IMG/VR virus record: IMGVR_UViG_3300027977_000006
Reading direction: 5' to 3' (one strand)
Length of the DNA: 64,000 nucleotides
From: a virus
Lineage: Duplodnaviria > Heunggongvirae > Uroviricota > Caudoviricetes
The notes under the pieces are model-generated. The model was not told the DNA's origin and made no database searches. It worked only from the letters and a program-made list of their open reading frames with translations. A program made the position numbers and the translations under genes. Each line of letters starts with the position of its first letter. Within the stretch, counting starts at the first letter, position 1. Shown piece by piece: positions 38,773 through 48,948 of the stretch.

Positions 38773-39861
38773 TTAAGCTGAACAACCAAAACACTCAAAC
38801 TGACTATCTTTTGGTTTCTTGGCAACATTTACTTGTTGTGTGGCTAATTTTGTGTTTGTTTCCAACTTTGACTTTGTCCTAGTGTAGTAAACACCTGTTT
38901 TTAACCCACCTTTCCAAGCATACATCAAAGCACTTGCTATTTTCCCATATTTTGCATCAGCATGATATACGTTCAATGACTGTGATTGGTCAACATATTT
39001 GTTTCTAATGATGGCCAAGTCTAATAAAACTCTTTGTGGTATCTCCCAAACATCTTTGTATCTGAAACGAATATCTTCTGGTATATCAACAATATTTTGA
39101 ATACTACCTTTGTTTTTAATAACTTTGTCAATCATTTCTGAATCCCATAACTCATGTTCAATCAATTCGTTTACAAGATATTTGTTAACAATCAAAAACT
39201 CACCTTGACCAACACGTCTTGTAAACAAATTAGCAGTAACTGGCTCAAACGACTCAAATGAACCCAAAAGAATTGCTGATGAAGCTGTTGGCATAAGACC
39301 GAGAAGAAGACTGTTGTACATAGGTATTGGTTCTCCAGCTGGTTTTGGTGACCAACCTTCAATATAAGTTTCTCCAACAGAATATAAACTTCCTTCCCAA
39401 GCTGGATAGTTTTGTCCTTTTTCTTCAGCTATTTTCATCGACTCTTCAACAGCAGCTTTATACATTGTTTCAAAAATGTCGTTGTTCCATTTCTTAGCTT
39501 CTTCGCTTTCAAACGAAATCTTCTTTTTTGCAAAGAAATCAGCTAAACCAGCAACACCGATTGCTAAAGCTCTTTGGTCCAAACCAGCTGCTTCGCTCCA
39601 ATCATCACTCCATTTATTTTTATCAATAACTTTATTTAAACCTCTAACCAAAACCCTTGTTGTTTTGTCAATTGATTTAAGTCCATTGTGTTCAGCTAAG
39701 TTTACAGATGCCAAAGTACATTGAGGTGTGTATTTTGGTTTTGAAGCTTGAAAAATCTCACAATTATGAACTAATATATTATTAGCATAAAAATTGTTAG
39801 TATTCTCAACTTGAATGTCATACACATCCATAGTTTTTTCTAATTTATTAATTTTAATCAT
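38773..39861 (-). CDS. nrdA: Class Ia ribonucleotide reductase alpha, C-terminal part fused to split intein IntC
   Basis: IntC (33 aa, ..ILVHN) then CEIF, CTLASVNL, MPTASSA, VDQSQS, GLKTGVYY, C-terminal CFGC. Confidence 0.93.
   Translation of the reverse strand: MIKINKLEKTMDVYDIQVENTNNFYANNILVHNCEIFQASKPKYTPQCTLASVNLAEHNGLKSIDKTTRVLVRGLNKVIDKNKWSDDWSEAAGLDQRALAIGVAGLADFFAKKKISFESEEAKKWNNDIFETMYKAAVEESMKIAEEKGQNYPAWEGSLYSVGETYIEGWSPKPAGEPIPMYNSLLLGLMPTASSAILLGSFESFEPVTANLFTRRVGQGEFLIVNKYLVNELIEHELWDSEMIDKVIKNKGSIQNIVDIPEDIRFRYKDVWEIPQRVLLDLAIIRNKYVDQSQSLNVYHADAKYGKIASALMYAWKGGLKTGVYYTRTKSKLETNTKLATQQVNVAKKPKDSQFECFGCSA
39763..39861 (-). mobile_element. Split intein C-fragment
   Basis: MIKINKLEKTMDVYDIQVENTNNFYANNILVHN|C (blocks F and G). 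Confidence 0.92.
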
Positions 39862-39883
39862 ATTATTTATTTTTTATTAATTA

Positions 39884-41083
39884 TTAATTATTTATATATT
39901 CAAATTTAAAACCTTTATAAGTTTTATTTCTACCTTTACATACTGCTAATACAGATGTTATTTTACCATCTATATATTCAGCAGCTGATTTTAATGAATC
40001 AAACTCGATAATATCACCGTTATTATCAATCCTTCTCACTTTTCGTTGATTGTTACCTTTTTTAATATCAAATGTGTATTCTTCATTCTCCCATCTAAAA
40101 ATATCAATAAAAGTGTTGTTATTTTTACATTTTCTTCTGATTACAGTTGGGTTTAAACCGATTTGTTCACTAGCTTCAAATACATTATTGAAAACTAATT
40201 CTATATTACTATCAATATCTTTTTTGTAATAAACTAATTTAGAAATTCTAATAATACCATTTTTAGTTGTTTTAAACCCTCTGGATGAATCATCAGTAGG
40301 TTTTTTATAATCTGACCGTTTAGTTTTACTATAGACTAATTCACTATCATTGTATCTAAAATAATAGCCTTTATATGTACCACCATATTTAATACATCGG
40401 TATATTAATGATTTAGTTTTAAATTCATATTTATTAAGTATATCATTAATATTTAAAATATCTATTTCTTCTAATGTTTTAGAATCAATCATAACTATTA
40501 AACGTTTAACTCTAGATTTAAAATTTTCTTTCATATTATCTATACGCTCTTTAGTAAATTTCTTACCTTTATTCCAATGAACTCCATTAATTTTAGCTAA
40601 ATAAGATGGATTAATTTCTATTGGTCTACCATACATAGGGTTTTTACTACCTTTAGTATTTTCACTATGTTTTTCCCTTATTTCTTCTTTTTTAGGATTA
40701 TTATTAAAAGTATCACCACCAGTTCCACCTATAACAATATTAGTTAATAAACCACCTTCAGTAAATCGACCATAATAACCAATTAATTCTTTCTCAACTT
40801 TAAAAGCTTCATCTTCATTATCTGTTTCAAATATAACCTTAAAGTTAGGTTTGAAACCTAATCCAATTAATTTTTTAATCGTATTAGTTTTATGTGGGTT
40901 TATTTTACTACTGCGATTATCTTTTAATACATCAATATAATGTGTTAAATGTCGTTTTCTATTATTTTTAGCGTTATAATCACCTTTACCTATATAAAAA
41001 GGTTTGTAATTTATTTCAGAATAATTATTACTATAATCACCCATTACTCTATCATCTAATAAAATGTAAATATAATATCTCAT
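39884..41083 (-). mobile_element. Free-standing GIY-YIG (LEM-3-like) homing endonuclease with NUMOD modules between the nrdA halves
   Basis: YYIYIL..PFYIGKG..R...H..EAFKVEKELI..G.LTN; NPMYG; repeated F.S...A....C.G....YKG..F modules; likely start MRYY at 41083. Confidence 0.85.
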
Positions 41084-41090
41084 ATTAATA

Positions 41091-41133
41091 AATATACAGT
41101 ACATAGTGTACTTTATACTATGTACTGTATATT
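41091..41133 (-). promoter_or_regulatory. 20-bp inverted repeat overlapping the TATTTAT motif of the nrdA endonuclease
   Basis: AATATACAGTACATAGTgTA-ctt-TAtACTATGTACTGTATATT, one mismatch. Confidence 0.75.
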
Positions 41134-41142
41134 TTTTTTTTA

Positions 41143-42624
41143 TTAATTAAAATTTGTATCTAACTCATCATCCTCTAGTAAATCACAAGCCATTACATAA
41201 CCTCTATTTTTAGTGAATATCCTATGGTCTGGTGTACAAATAATCCTAACATTTTTTTCTTCATCAATAATTTCAAGTACTTCAGCATTATCTTTAGTTT
41301 TTATAGCACCTAATATTGGTTGAAAAGTATTATCTTGACTTAAAACTAAAATATTTTTATGTTTTTCATAAAGTTTAACTACTTCTTCCATAGTTATTTT
41401 TTCAATACCACCGTTTTCATTAATGATTGTTATAATTGATTCACCATTTAAACAACACAAGTTGGATTGACAAATAGGGCCTATATTGGATTGCATATTT
41501 CTTTTGTTCGCATTGTCTTTAAACATAACATACGGTCTGCCACTTTCAACTTGTGCTTTAATTATGGCGTCAAATATTTCTTTTGGATTCACCTTTTTAC
41601 CAATTCCCAAATCAACCGCTTTTTGATACTCTGTTTCAAATTCTTCACCCCAAAGAAGATGCAGTGGTGTTAAACCAGCTTTATTAATATCATTTGGACA
41701 GAACAAATACCAATCTTCACTTTTTTCAAGCTTTTGCATAAACAAGTCGTTTATAACAACAGCAGTAAATAAATCACGTGTTCTTAATTGTTCATCACCA
41801 ATTGGTAAAGTAAGGTCTAAGAAATCAAAAATGTCTCTATGCCAAACTGATAAATAAAGAGCGCAACTTCCAGAACGTGAGCCTTGTTTGTAGAAACGCA
41901 TTTTTGATTGAACCATATCTGCAAGTCTTACAACACCTCCAGCGTTGCCTTGGAATGAATGAACCAAGCTGTCTTTGCTTCTAAGTGGGTCTATAAGTAA
42001 ACCAATACCAGAACCCTCTTTTGATGCAGACGCTATCTTTGTTAAAGTAGCTTCAATACCTTCAAAAGAATCTTCTTCCAAATGTGTTAGATTACAACTA
42101 ACCATACCATTTCTTTTGTCCACACCAGCGTTTGTATATGTTGGTGTTGCAAAGTTGGCTCTTTTGCTTTTTAATTCTTTTAAAAGTTCTTTTCTAGCTT
42201 CTTCATCATCATCGTGCAAATGATAAGCAACACGCTCATACATGCATGAAGGAAGTTCAATTGGTGCCTTGTTGTTATCTCTTTTTGAATACTTCGAAAG
42301 AAATGTTGTCGCAGCAAAAAAGTCATAAGTCAAATCAATTGGTTGTAGTTCTTTACCTACCAATTTTGATTGTCTACTTAATAGTATTCTACCACCTAAT
42401 AAGGAGTAGTCTGGATGCTGAATGATTTTATCAGCAGCTTTAAAAGCGATGATTTCATCTATTTCTGTTGTTGTAATGTTATCGCTTATAAGCGGCATAA
42501 CTTCCAAAAATAAAGAATCGGCATCAACATTTAGTCCAGTTGATTGTGTTTTAATCCTAGTTAGGATTTTGTTTGGCATAAACGCTTGTGTCGTTTTGTC
42601 TCGTTTAACTATTCTCATTCCCAT
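41143..42624 (-). CDS. nrdA: Class Ia ribonucleotide reductase alpha, N-terminal part fused to split intein IntN
   Basis: ATP-cone start IVKRD, ATPTYTNAG, SCNL, GSGIG, RSGSCALYL..WH, ESGRPY..FKD, QSNLC|CLNGES. Confidence 0.93.
   Translation of the reverse strand: MGMRIVKRDKTTQAFMPNKILTRIKTQSTGLNVDADSLFLEVMPLISDNITTTEIDEIIAFKAADKIIQHPDYSLLGGRILLSRQSKLVGKELQPIDLTYDFFAATTFLSKYSKRDNNKAPIELPSCMYERVAYHLHDDDEEARKELLKELKSKRANFATPTYTNAGVDKRNGMVSCNLTHLEEDSFEGIEATLTKIASASKEGSGIGLLIDPLRSKDSLVHSFQGNAGGVVRLADMVQSKMRFYKQGSRSGSCALYLSVWHRDIFDFLDLTLPIGDEQLRTRDLFTAVVINDLFMQKLEKSEDWYLFCPNDINKAGLTPLHLLWGEEFETEYQKAVDLGIGKKVNPKEIFDAIIKAQVESGRPYVMFKDNANKRNMQSNIGPICQSNLCCLNGESIITIINENGGIEKITMEEVVKLYEKHKNILVLSQDNTFQPILGAIKTKDNAEVLEIIDEEKNVRIICTPDHRIFTKNRGYVMACDLLEDDELDTNFN
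41146..41454 (-). mobile_element. Split intein N-fragment (103 aa)
   Basis: CLNGES..CTPDHRIFTKNRGYVMACDLLEDDEL (blocks A and B). Confidence 0.92.
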
Positions 42625-42629
42625 TTTGT

Positions 42630-43583
42630 TTAAAATTCCTCATCAAAAATACCATCAATAGTTGTTGGAATGTCTACTCTGGTATATTCACCTTCTCTCT
42701 TTTCAAAGAAGTTATTTTTAGAAGACAATCCAATTCTAGACATATATTCTAACGGATTGCTAACCATAAATTCTCTTTGGCAACCAAAATCGTTTAGCAC
42801 AATATCCGTAACATATTGGACATATTTTACCATGTCTTGTTTTGTAATACCTTGTAAACCATCTGGCATACTTTCTTCAACAAAAGCTTTTTCAATTTCA
42901 TAACAACCCAATATAACTTTTCTTAACTCGTCAGTTGACAACTTATAGTCATCTTTCAAATAGTTGTTATATAAATTAATAGCAAATTCATAATGGAATG
43001 TTTCATCCCTTAAAATTAATTCGTTCATTGCAGCTAAACCTGGCATTTTGTTTCTGCTTCTAAACCAGAAAACCCCAGAAAATACGCTAGAGAATGCGAT
43101 ACCTTCAATACAAGCAAACGCTACCAATCTATGAGCAAATGATGGATGGTTTATCCAGTTTTCAGCCCATGAAGCTTTTTTAGCCACTGCTTGATTGTTT
43201 TCCATTGAATTAAACAGCTCTTCTTTTTCGTGAAGATTTTTTATAAACGTTTCAATCAATAGAGAATATCCATTTGCGTGGACTTGTTCAATAAACGTTT
43301 GATGACCATAAAAATATTGAGCTTCCAATATTTCAACTTCATTAAGAAAGTTTGTGGCCAAATTATCAATAACCAACCCATCTGATATGGCAAAGAAAGC
43401 CAAAATGTTTTTAAGGTAAGTTTTTTCATTATCTTTTAGCTCATCAAATTTATCCTTACTCAAATCTGTTTCTTCAGCAACCCAAGTTTGTGATTCAGCT
43501 TTCTTATACATTTGCCACAAGTCATTGTGAATGATTGGGAAAATGGAATACCTTTTTTTAAGTGTTTTATCTTTTAGATACAT
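42630..43583 (-). CDS. nrdB: Ribonucleotide reductase beta subunit
   Basis: LAFFAISD, EQVHANGYS, EGIAFSSVF, NELILRDETFH, NFFEKREGEY. Confidence 0.95.
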   Translation of the reverse strand: MYLKDKTLKKRYSIFPIIHNDLWQMYKKAESQTWVAEETDLSKDKFDELKDNEKTYLKNILAFFAISDGLVIDNLATNFLNEVEILEAQYFYGHQTFIEQVHANGYSLLIETFIKNLHEKEELFNSMENNQAVAKKASWAENWINHPSFAHRLVAFACIEGIAFSSVFSGVFWFRSRNKMPGLAAMNELILRDETFHYEFAINLYNNYLKDDYKLSTDELRKVILGCYEIEKAFVEESMPDGLQGITKQDMVKYVQYVTDIVLNDFGCQREFMVSNPLEYMSRIGLSSKNNFFEKREGEYTRVDIPTTIDGIFDEEF

Positions 43584-43606
43584 TTTTAATAATTTAAATT
43601 TGTTTT

Positions 43607-46108
43607 TTATTCTTCGTTTATAACCGCTTTTCTTTTTGTACTGGCTAAAACTTCATTTACCCTTGCTTGGTCGTTAGTTTCGACATCTTTTTTGTATTCA
43701 GTTTGGGTTCTTGCTCCTTTACTTTGGCCCATATCTATCTGAATCCTAGCATTGTCAAAGGTTATATCTTCAAAGATAATACCATCCTTACCAAAACGTG
43801 ATTTAAGTATGGCCATTGTTGCAGTTCCATTTTCTTTTTGGTCTAGAGTTTTTGCGATTGACACAATAAAGTGACCTATCTGACCTTTTTTAATCGAACC
43901 ACCCATTTGGTCTGCTTCTACTACGTTTGCCTTTATTGAACTTCTGTTTCCTTGTACCGCTGTCCAACCAGCAATATCTAATTCACCTAACATAGCTTCA
44001 AATTGTCTCATAACACTACCTTCACCAACATTCGCATCATCATATTTTCTTGATGGTTGAACACAGTCGATATAATCCAATAGAACGATGTCTGGTCTAA
44101 AACCTTCAGCAATTTTTTTCCTGATATACTGTCTTATAATAGGTATGGTTGTCCCATCACTAGAAAATTTTTTAAGTTTTAAGTTACCTTTTCCACCTTT
44201 TGACTCTTTTTGCTTGTGTTCACATAAAGACGTGATTTCGTCTTTATGTAAAGATAAGCTATTCAAGTCAATACCAGTCCAACAAGAAATATGTTTTCTT
44301 TGAATTACCTTTGGGTTATCTTCAAAGAAGATTTGTAAAACTCTGTAACCATCGTTCATTGCTGTGTTAGCAATTTTGGTCATCATGGTCGTGTTGTGGG
44401 TGACGATGTAATCATCAGTAACATATAAATGTTCTGGGTTTTCCACCATAATACATTTAGCTTCTTCTTCACCGTAATACTCGATTGATTTAATAAATTT
44501 ATTATTAGAATACTTAGTTCTATTTTTAAATTTATTTAGTTTTCTACTTAACCTACTTGGTATAATTCCGTTATCTGGGAAACTAAAGGAAATACGATAA
44601 TAATTATTACAAATATTATCACCATATTTTCCAATCTTTTCAGAAATTGAAACTCTACCACCTAAAGATAAAACTAATTCTCTAATATCTTTAGATAACT
44701 GTTCAGATGTTGTTGAAATCTCTATTCTATGCTCATCAATATACCCATCTGTATCAACTAAACCTTGTAATAGGCTAACTCTATCAGATATAGAAGAATA
44801 AAGGTAGTTTTGTGGGATAAACTTAGTTTTAGAATTAGTTCCGTATAAGTCTAATTCGATTAAAGAATCTTTAATCCCTAATAATGAAACCTTTTTTAAA
44901 TAGCGTTTAACTAAAACTAATTCACCATTAATTTCTTTTTCAATATCTCTAATTTGTTCTTTAATTGATAAGTTGTTATAAATTTTAGCAACCTCAGTAA
45001 TTATTTCTTCATCTTTGGTAACAAAATTCGGCTGATTAGATGATGTAATACACCCATCACCTAATATAACACCTAATAAATAAGGGTCAATAATCAAATC
45101 TTTTTTTATGAATTCGATTGGTGATACATTGGGTATTTTATAATTCAATCGTCTTCCATTCCAAACTTTAACACTATTAATCATATCAATAGTTTTTACA
45201 ACTTTAAATGAATTATCAGATTGTAAATAAATTTGTTTACCATCTTTTTTTGTTTTTCTATTTCTTTGATTAATTGTGTTTACAGACCATAAATGCTCAG
45301 CATCACATAATGTTTTAGTACCATCGTTAAATTTAACTTCGTATATAGGTCTTTTTCCTTGTGGGAATGTACCAATAACTTTGGTTGGTTTTCCGTCCCT
45401 GCCAATAACATAGTCACCTAAATTAATATCACCCATAGTTACCCAACCATTAGGTGTTAATATATTAGAAAATAATGGCTGTGCTTTACCGACACCAAAC
45501 GGTGCCAATATTACAGCCAATTCACCTTTAGATAAGCCACCATCCATTACTTCATCCAAGCCTTTTATGCCAGTTCTTATTGGTTTTCTAAAGTCATCAA
45601 CCAAAACATCTTTGATATTATCGAAAACATCCATGCCGTCATCCTTATTGTCGCCATGCTCCAATGCTTTTCTAAGTATTGTTTCACATTGTTCGTAGTT
45701 TTCAATGTCACCAATATCAATTATTTTTTGAATCTGTTTGATGGATTTCTTCAACTCTTGTTGTTTACAAAACTTCATAGCGATGTCTTGTATTTTAAGA
45801 GCATCATAAGAACTAGCCTCTTGAACCTTGCTAAGCTGTGTTAGGATATACTTTCTTTGTAAATCCTCTGTCACATCGGCTAACAGTCTAATTTTAACAC
45901 TTCCTAAATCAGGAACAATATCATCTTTTTCTTTGGCTTCTTTTATGGCAGCAGCTATTACTCTAAGATATGGGTCACTAAAGTAATTAGCATCTACAAT
46001 ATCAACAATTGAATTGGCAAATCTATTATCCGTAAGTAATTGAGCCATTAGTCTAAACTCATAGTCTAAACCCAAATAACCCAAACTATCTCTATCTATT
46101 TTCGCCAT
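43607..46108 (-). CDS. dnaB: Replicative DnaB/gp41-like helicase with intein (start reassigned to MAKIDRD)
   Basis: TGIKGLD..GGLSKGEL..APFGVGK|TT; LLDYID; AVQGNR; KSRFG. Confidence 0.92.
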   Translation of the reverse strand: MAKIDRDSLGYLGLDYEFRLMAQLLTDNRFANSIVDIVDANYFSDPYLRVIAAAIKEAKEKDDIVPDLGSVKIRLLADVTEDLQRKYILTQLSKVQEASSYDALKIQDIAMKFCKQQELKKSIKQIQKIIDIGDIENYEQCETILRKALEHGDNKDDGMDVFDNIKDVLVDDFRKPIRTGIKGLDEVMDGGLSKGELAVILAPFGVGKAQPLFSNILTPNGWVTMGDINLGDYVIGRDGKPTKVIGTFPQGKRPIYEVKFNDGTKTLCDAEHLWSVNTINQRNRKTKKDGKQIYLQSDNSFKVVKTIDMINSVKVWNGRRLNYKIPNVSPIEFIKKDLIIDPYLLGVILGDGCITSSNQPNFVTKDEEIITEVAKIYNNLSIKEQIRDIEKEINGELVLVKRYLKKVSLLGIKDSLIELDLYGTNSKTKFIPQNYLYSSISDRVSLLQGLVDTDGYIDEHRIEISTTSEQLSKDIRELVLSLGGRVSISEKIGKYGDNICNNYYRISFSFPDNGIIPSRLSRKLNKFKNRTKYSNNKFIKSIEYYGEEEAKCIMVENPEHLYVTDDYIVTHNTTMMTKIANTAMNDGYRVLQIFFEDNPKVIQRKHISCWTGIDLNSLSLHKDEITSLCEHKQKESKGGKGNLKLKKFSSDGTTIPIIRQYIRKKIAEGFRPDIVLLDYIDCVQPSRKYDDANVGEGSVMRQFEAMLGELDIAGWTAVQGNRSSIKANVVEADQMGGSIKKGQIGHFIVSIAKTLDQKENGTATMAILKSRFGKDGIIFEDITFDNARIQIDMGQSKGARTQTEYKKDVETNDQARVNEVLASTKRKAVINEE
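44393..45484 (-). mobile_element. Class 3 intein (364 aa, Ala start) with LAGLIDADG endonuclease in the DnaB P-loop
   Basis: AQPL..CDAEHLW..LGVILGDG..QGLVDTDG..AKCIMV..VTHN|T. Confidence 0.92.
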
Positions 46109-46164
46109 TTTTTTTTTTTTATCTTTAAAAACGTTGTTATGGATAAATATCACAAAGTAGTCGC

Positions 46165-46665
46165 TTAGGCAACCACTTTGTTATATTTTTTTTTGCTTAA
46201 TGAATCTCTAATCTCAAACATTATAACTGGTATAATTTCTTTTATAACCACAGCATAACGTACTTTTGGGGGAAAATAATTACCAGAAAACACTGATTTT
46301 GCAACACTTTTCTTATCTATCTTAATCTCAAACTGAAAGTCATCAATTTTTTCGAAAATGTTTCTAGGTTCTTGGTCTGGTTGAACAAAATAAGGGTTGT
46401 AGTTATTCCAAAGATAATCCTTCGATTTATTTTTCAAATAGTTAGGTATGATACCCATGCTACCATGATAACCATTGTTCATTCCGCAAATAGCATCCAT
46501 CAATTCTTTCATCTCCCACGAGCCAATACTATTTTCGTTAAAATCACGAATGTTAAAATACCTTTGGCAGATAATATGATTGTTTATGTAAAGAACGAAT
46601 TCAAAACGTTGTTCTTCAACTTTCTTTTGGTCAAATGTTCCTGTGTTTACTTTTGTGTTTGTCAT
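46165..46665 (-). CDS. Hypothetical protein in the replication cluster
   Basis: 166 aa ORF between the exonuclease and helicase genes. Confidence 0.7.
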   Translation of the reverse strand: MTNTKVNTGTFDQKKVEEQRFEFVLYINNHIICQRYFNIRDFNENSIGSWEMKELMDAICGMNNGYHGSMGIIPNYLKNKSKDYLWNNYNPYFVQPDQEPRNIFEKIDDFQFEIKIDKKSVAKSVFSGNYFPPKVRYAVVIKEIIPVIMFEIRDSLSKKKYNKVVA

Positions 46666-46681
46666 AATTTAAATTTAAATG

Positions 46682-47731
46682 TTAAAAATTGTTTTCTCTG
46701 TCTATTAGTTTTTTAAATGGTTCTAAAAAGGTAGCGTACCTAGTCTCACCTAATGCTTTGTCTAACCCATCTCTTTTCATCATGATAAAAACATTTTTGA
46801 GGTCTCTACCCGATGAGTCAAGGGTTCCGTCTATCAAATGTTTTAATTCTATTACACCGTTTTCAGTTAACATTGGTCTTGACAAGTTTACCAGCCTATC
46901 ATTAATCTCATAAATCTTGTCTTTTTGAACACCATCTGTAACCTTGTTTATGATATTATCTAGGATTGTAAGAGGTTTCTGTTTGTTGGTTACTCTATCA
47001 CTTTGTAACCTTTTTGCTTCTTGGATTACGTCATCTACACTTAGTTTACGTTGTTTTAAATCTGGAAATAAAGAAAGTAATTTTGTCTCGCCTAAACCTT
47101 TGATGCCTTTTATGCTATCACTAACATCTCCAATCATGGTTTTTATAAGAACAGAATTATCTTTGTGATGGCAAAAGTACGAAGAATAATTGGTTAAACC
47201 AACGTATTCTTTTAAATCTATAAAATAAATTCTTATTTCTTCAGATATTAACTGCAAAAAGTCTCTATCTGTCGACACAATTGTAATTTGTTCGTTTTCC
47301 TTTTTATTTAAACAATAGTACGCTATGAAGTCATCACTTTCAATAACTTCATGTTTTAACTGTCTAACATACATTTCGTTTAAATAGTCCCAAACCATCT
47401 TTCTCTGTTTTAGTTCAGATAGTTCTATTGGTTGGGTGCCGTTTATATAATCTTTACCACGGCCACTTTTGTATGGTTCGTATATTTCGTATCTTAGCTT
47501 TCCGCTATAGTTTCCATCCCAGAAAACATAAACCTTATGGTAAAGGTCATCTGTTAAGATTTTTCGTAAAATAGTGAGGAATGAATACAAACCACCAATG
47601 TGTTCACCACTACTGTTGTATTCTCCTTTGGCACCGAAATACCCTACTTTAAATAGGGCATTTCCGTCTACCAAAAGTGTATTTTGTTTCTTTATTATTT
47701 TTTCACCATTACGTGGTGGTCTTTTATTCAC
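46682..47731 (-). CDS. 5'-3' exonuclease / T4 RNase H-like (FEN fold)
   Basis: LLVDGN, FWDG, YKSGR, ESDD, STDRDFLQL, GDVSDSIKGIKGLGE. Confidence 0.92.
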   Translation of the reverse strand: MNKRPPRNGEKIIKKQNTLLVDGNALFKVGYFGAKGEYNSSGEHIGGLYSFLTILRKILTDDLYHKVYVFWDGNYSGKLRYEIYEPYKSGRGKDYINGTQPIELSELKQRKMVWDYLNEMYVRQLKHEVIESDDFIAYYCLNKKENEQITIVSTDRDFLQLISEEIRIYFIDLKEYVGLTNYSSYFCHHKDNSVLIKTMIGDVSDSIKGIKGLGETKLLSLFPDLKQRKLSVDDVIQEAKRLQSDRVTNKQKPLTILDNIINKVTDGVQKDKIYEINDRLVNLSRPMLTENGVIELKHLIDGTLDSSGRDLKNVFIMMKRDGLDKALGETRYATFLEPFKKLIDRENNF

Positions 47732-47761
47732 AAACTCATTATTAATAGGTTAAACAATAAA

Positions 47762-48859
47762 TTAAGCCATCATGTCTTCTTTGCTTAATCCGATTTCTTC
47801 TTTTTCAATCACAAAATCATCATACTCTGTGTTCAAATGAGCTTTTATGAACTCTTTGTGTTCTTCTTTGTAGTCATTGATTTTATCTGGGTTCCAATAA
47901 CCATGTGGTGTTGATGCAATCTTACCTTTTTGTTCAATACCGTTAACTTGATTCTTTTCACATCTGATTCTTGTTTCAACACCGAACTGAAACTCTTCAC
48001 CAGCAAATATAGCTTTTAATTTTTCAGTACTATGTGTAAGAATACCACCAAAATGGAAGATAAGTCTTGGGGAATAAAAGAACGCTTCACCACCCTTATG
48101 TTTGATAACTTTGTTTTCATTATCTAACCATATTTGCTGAACTACAGCAAATGTAGCAGTATAAGGCGCATCTTCTCTTCTAGAAGCTGGAATTCTATAA
48201 TTAATTAGTGATTTAAAGCATGTGGCCAAAGCACCAGCAGTCCATTGATTGTTGGTAGTTTTTGATGTTGCTCCTTTGAAACAGTTTATTGAACCAACTG
48301 AATCCCAGAAGAAAGCAACATCTCTTGGTAATCTTCCTTCTTGTTGTGCATCCAATATTGTATGCATGTGGTATGATATGTCCTCAACAACTGGTTCATA
48401 TCTTAAAGGTTTTGTACCCATTTTGCTATGTTGATGGTCATAACAAACGTACATTTTTAAAAGGTCTGGACCTTGTAAGAAAATGAAATCACCACGATAA
48501 TTTAATTCTCCAGTTTCTTCATCAACATATTCTTCAAATTGAACTCCAATATTTTTTGCATGTGCCCAATTCCAGTTTCCTTCAGTTTCATAAATAATCG
48601 GTAGGATTCCCAATTTTTGACATCCAGCCACACCTTCATAAATCGCAGTTGATTTACCAGTGTTTGAGTATCCTCTAAAACTAGTAAAATATCCAACTGG
48701 AATCCCTGGAACTTTAACCGCATCATGGAACGCTTCTGAAAGCGGTATCCATGCTAATTCTTTTTCTTTTACTGTAAAATTGAGCCCTTGTGTTTTCTTA
48801 AAATCTTCTAAGTTAAAATCTTTTTTCTCAATAGGTTTTTTAGTAGGTTTCTTCGCCAT
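47762..48859 (-). CDS. RecA/UvsX-like recombinase
   Basis: RGYSNTGKST, YETE, FFWDSVGS, KGGEA, CEKN. Confidence 0.85.
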   Translation of the reverse strand: MAKKPTKKPIEKKDFNLEDFKKTQGLNFTVKEKELAWIPLSEAFHDAVKVPGIPVGYFTSFRGYSNTGKSTAIYEGVAGCQKLGILPIIYETEGNWNWAHAKNIGVQFEEYVDEETGELNYRGDFIFLQGPDLLKMYVCYDHQHSKMGTKPLRYEPVVEDISYHMHTILDAQQEGRLPRDVAFFWDSVGSINCFKGATSKTTNNQWTAGALATCFKSLINYRIPASRREDAPYTATFAVVQQIWLDNENKVIKHKGGEAFFYSPRLIFHFGGILTHSTEKLKAIFAGEEFQFGVETRIRCEKNQVNGIEQKGKIASTPHGYWNPDKINDYKEEHKEFIKAHLNTEYDDFVIEKEEIGLSKEDMMA

Positions 48860-48894
48860 TTTAATGTTATTAATTTAAATTGTTATTCTAGAAC

Positions 48895-48918
48895 AAAAAA
48901 AGGCGATTCCTCACCTTT
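48895..48918 (-). terminator. Terminator after ssb (GNRA loop)
   Basis: Minus strand AGGTGA-GGAA-TCGCCT followed by a T-run. Confidence 0.6.
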
Positions 48919-48948
48919 CTTTGTGTGTAAAACATTAAAATTACCATT

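Noticed and set aside
39862-41142. Intron in nrdA
   Set aside because: Flanks are only 22 and ~60 nt, and clear IntN/IntC motifs explain the break
46108-46153. Long T-run as a frameshift site or N-terminal extension of DnaB
   Set aside because: It is an A-rich leader between the class 2 motif and the likely ATG at 46108
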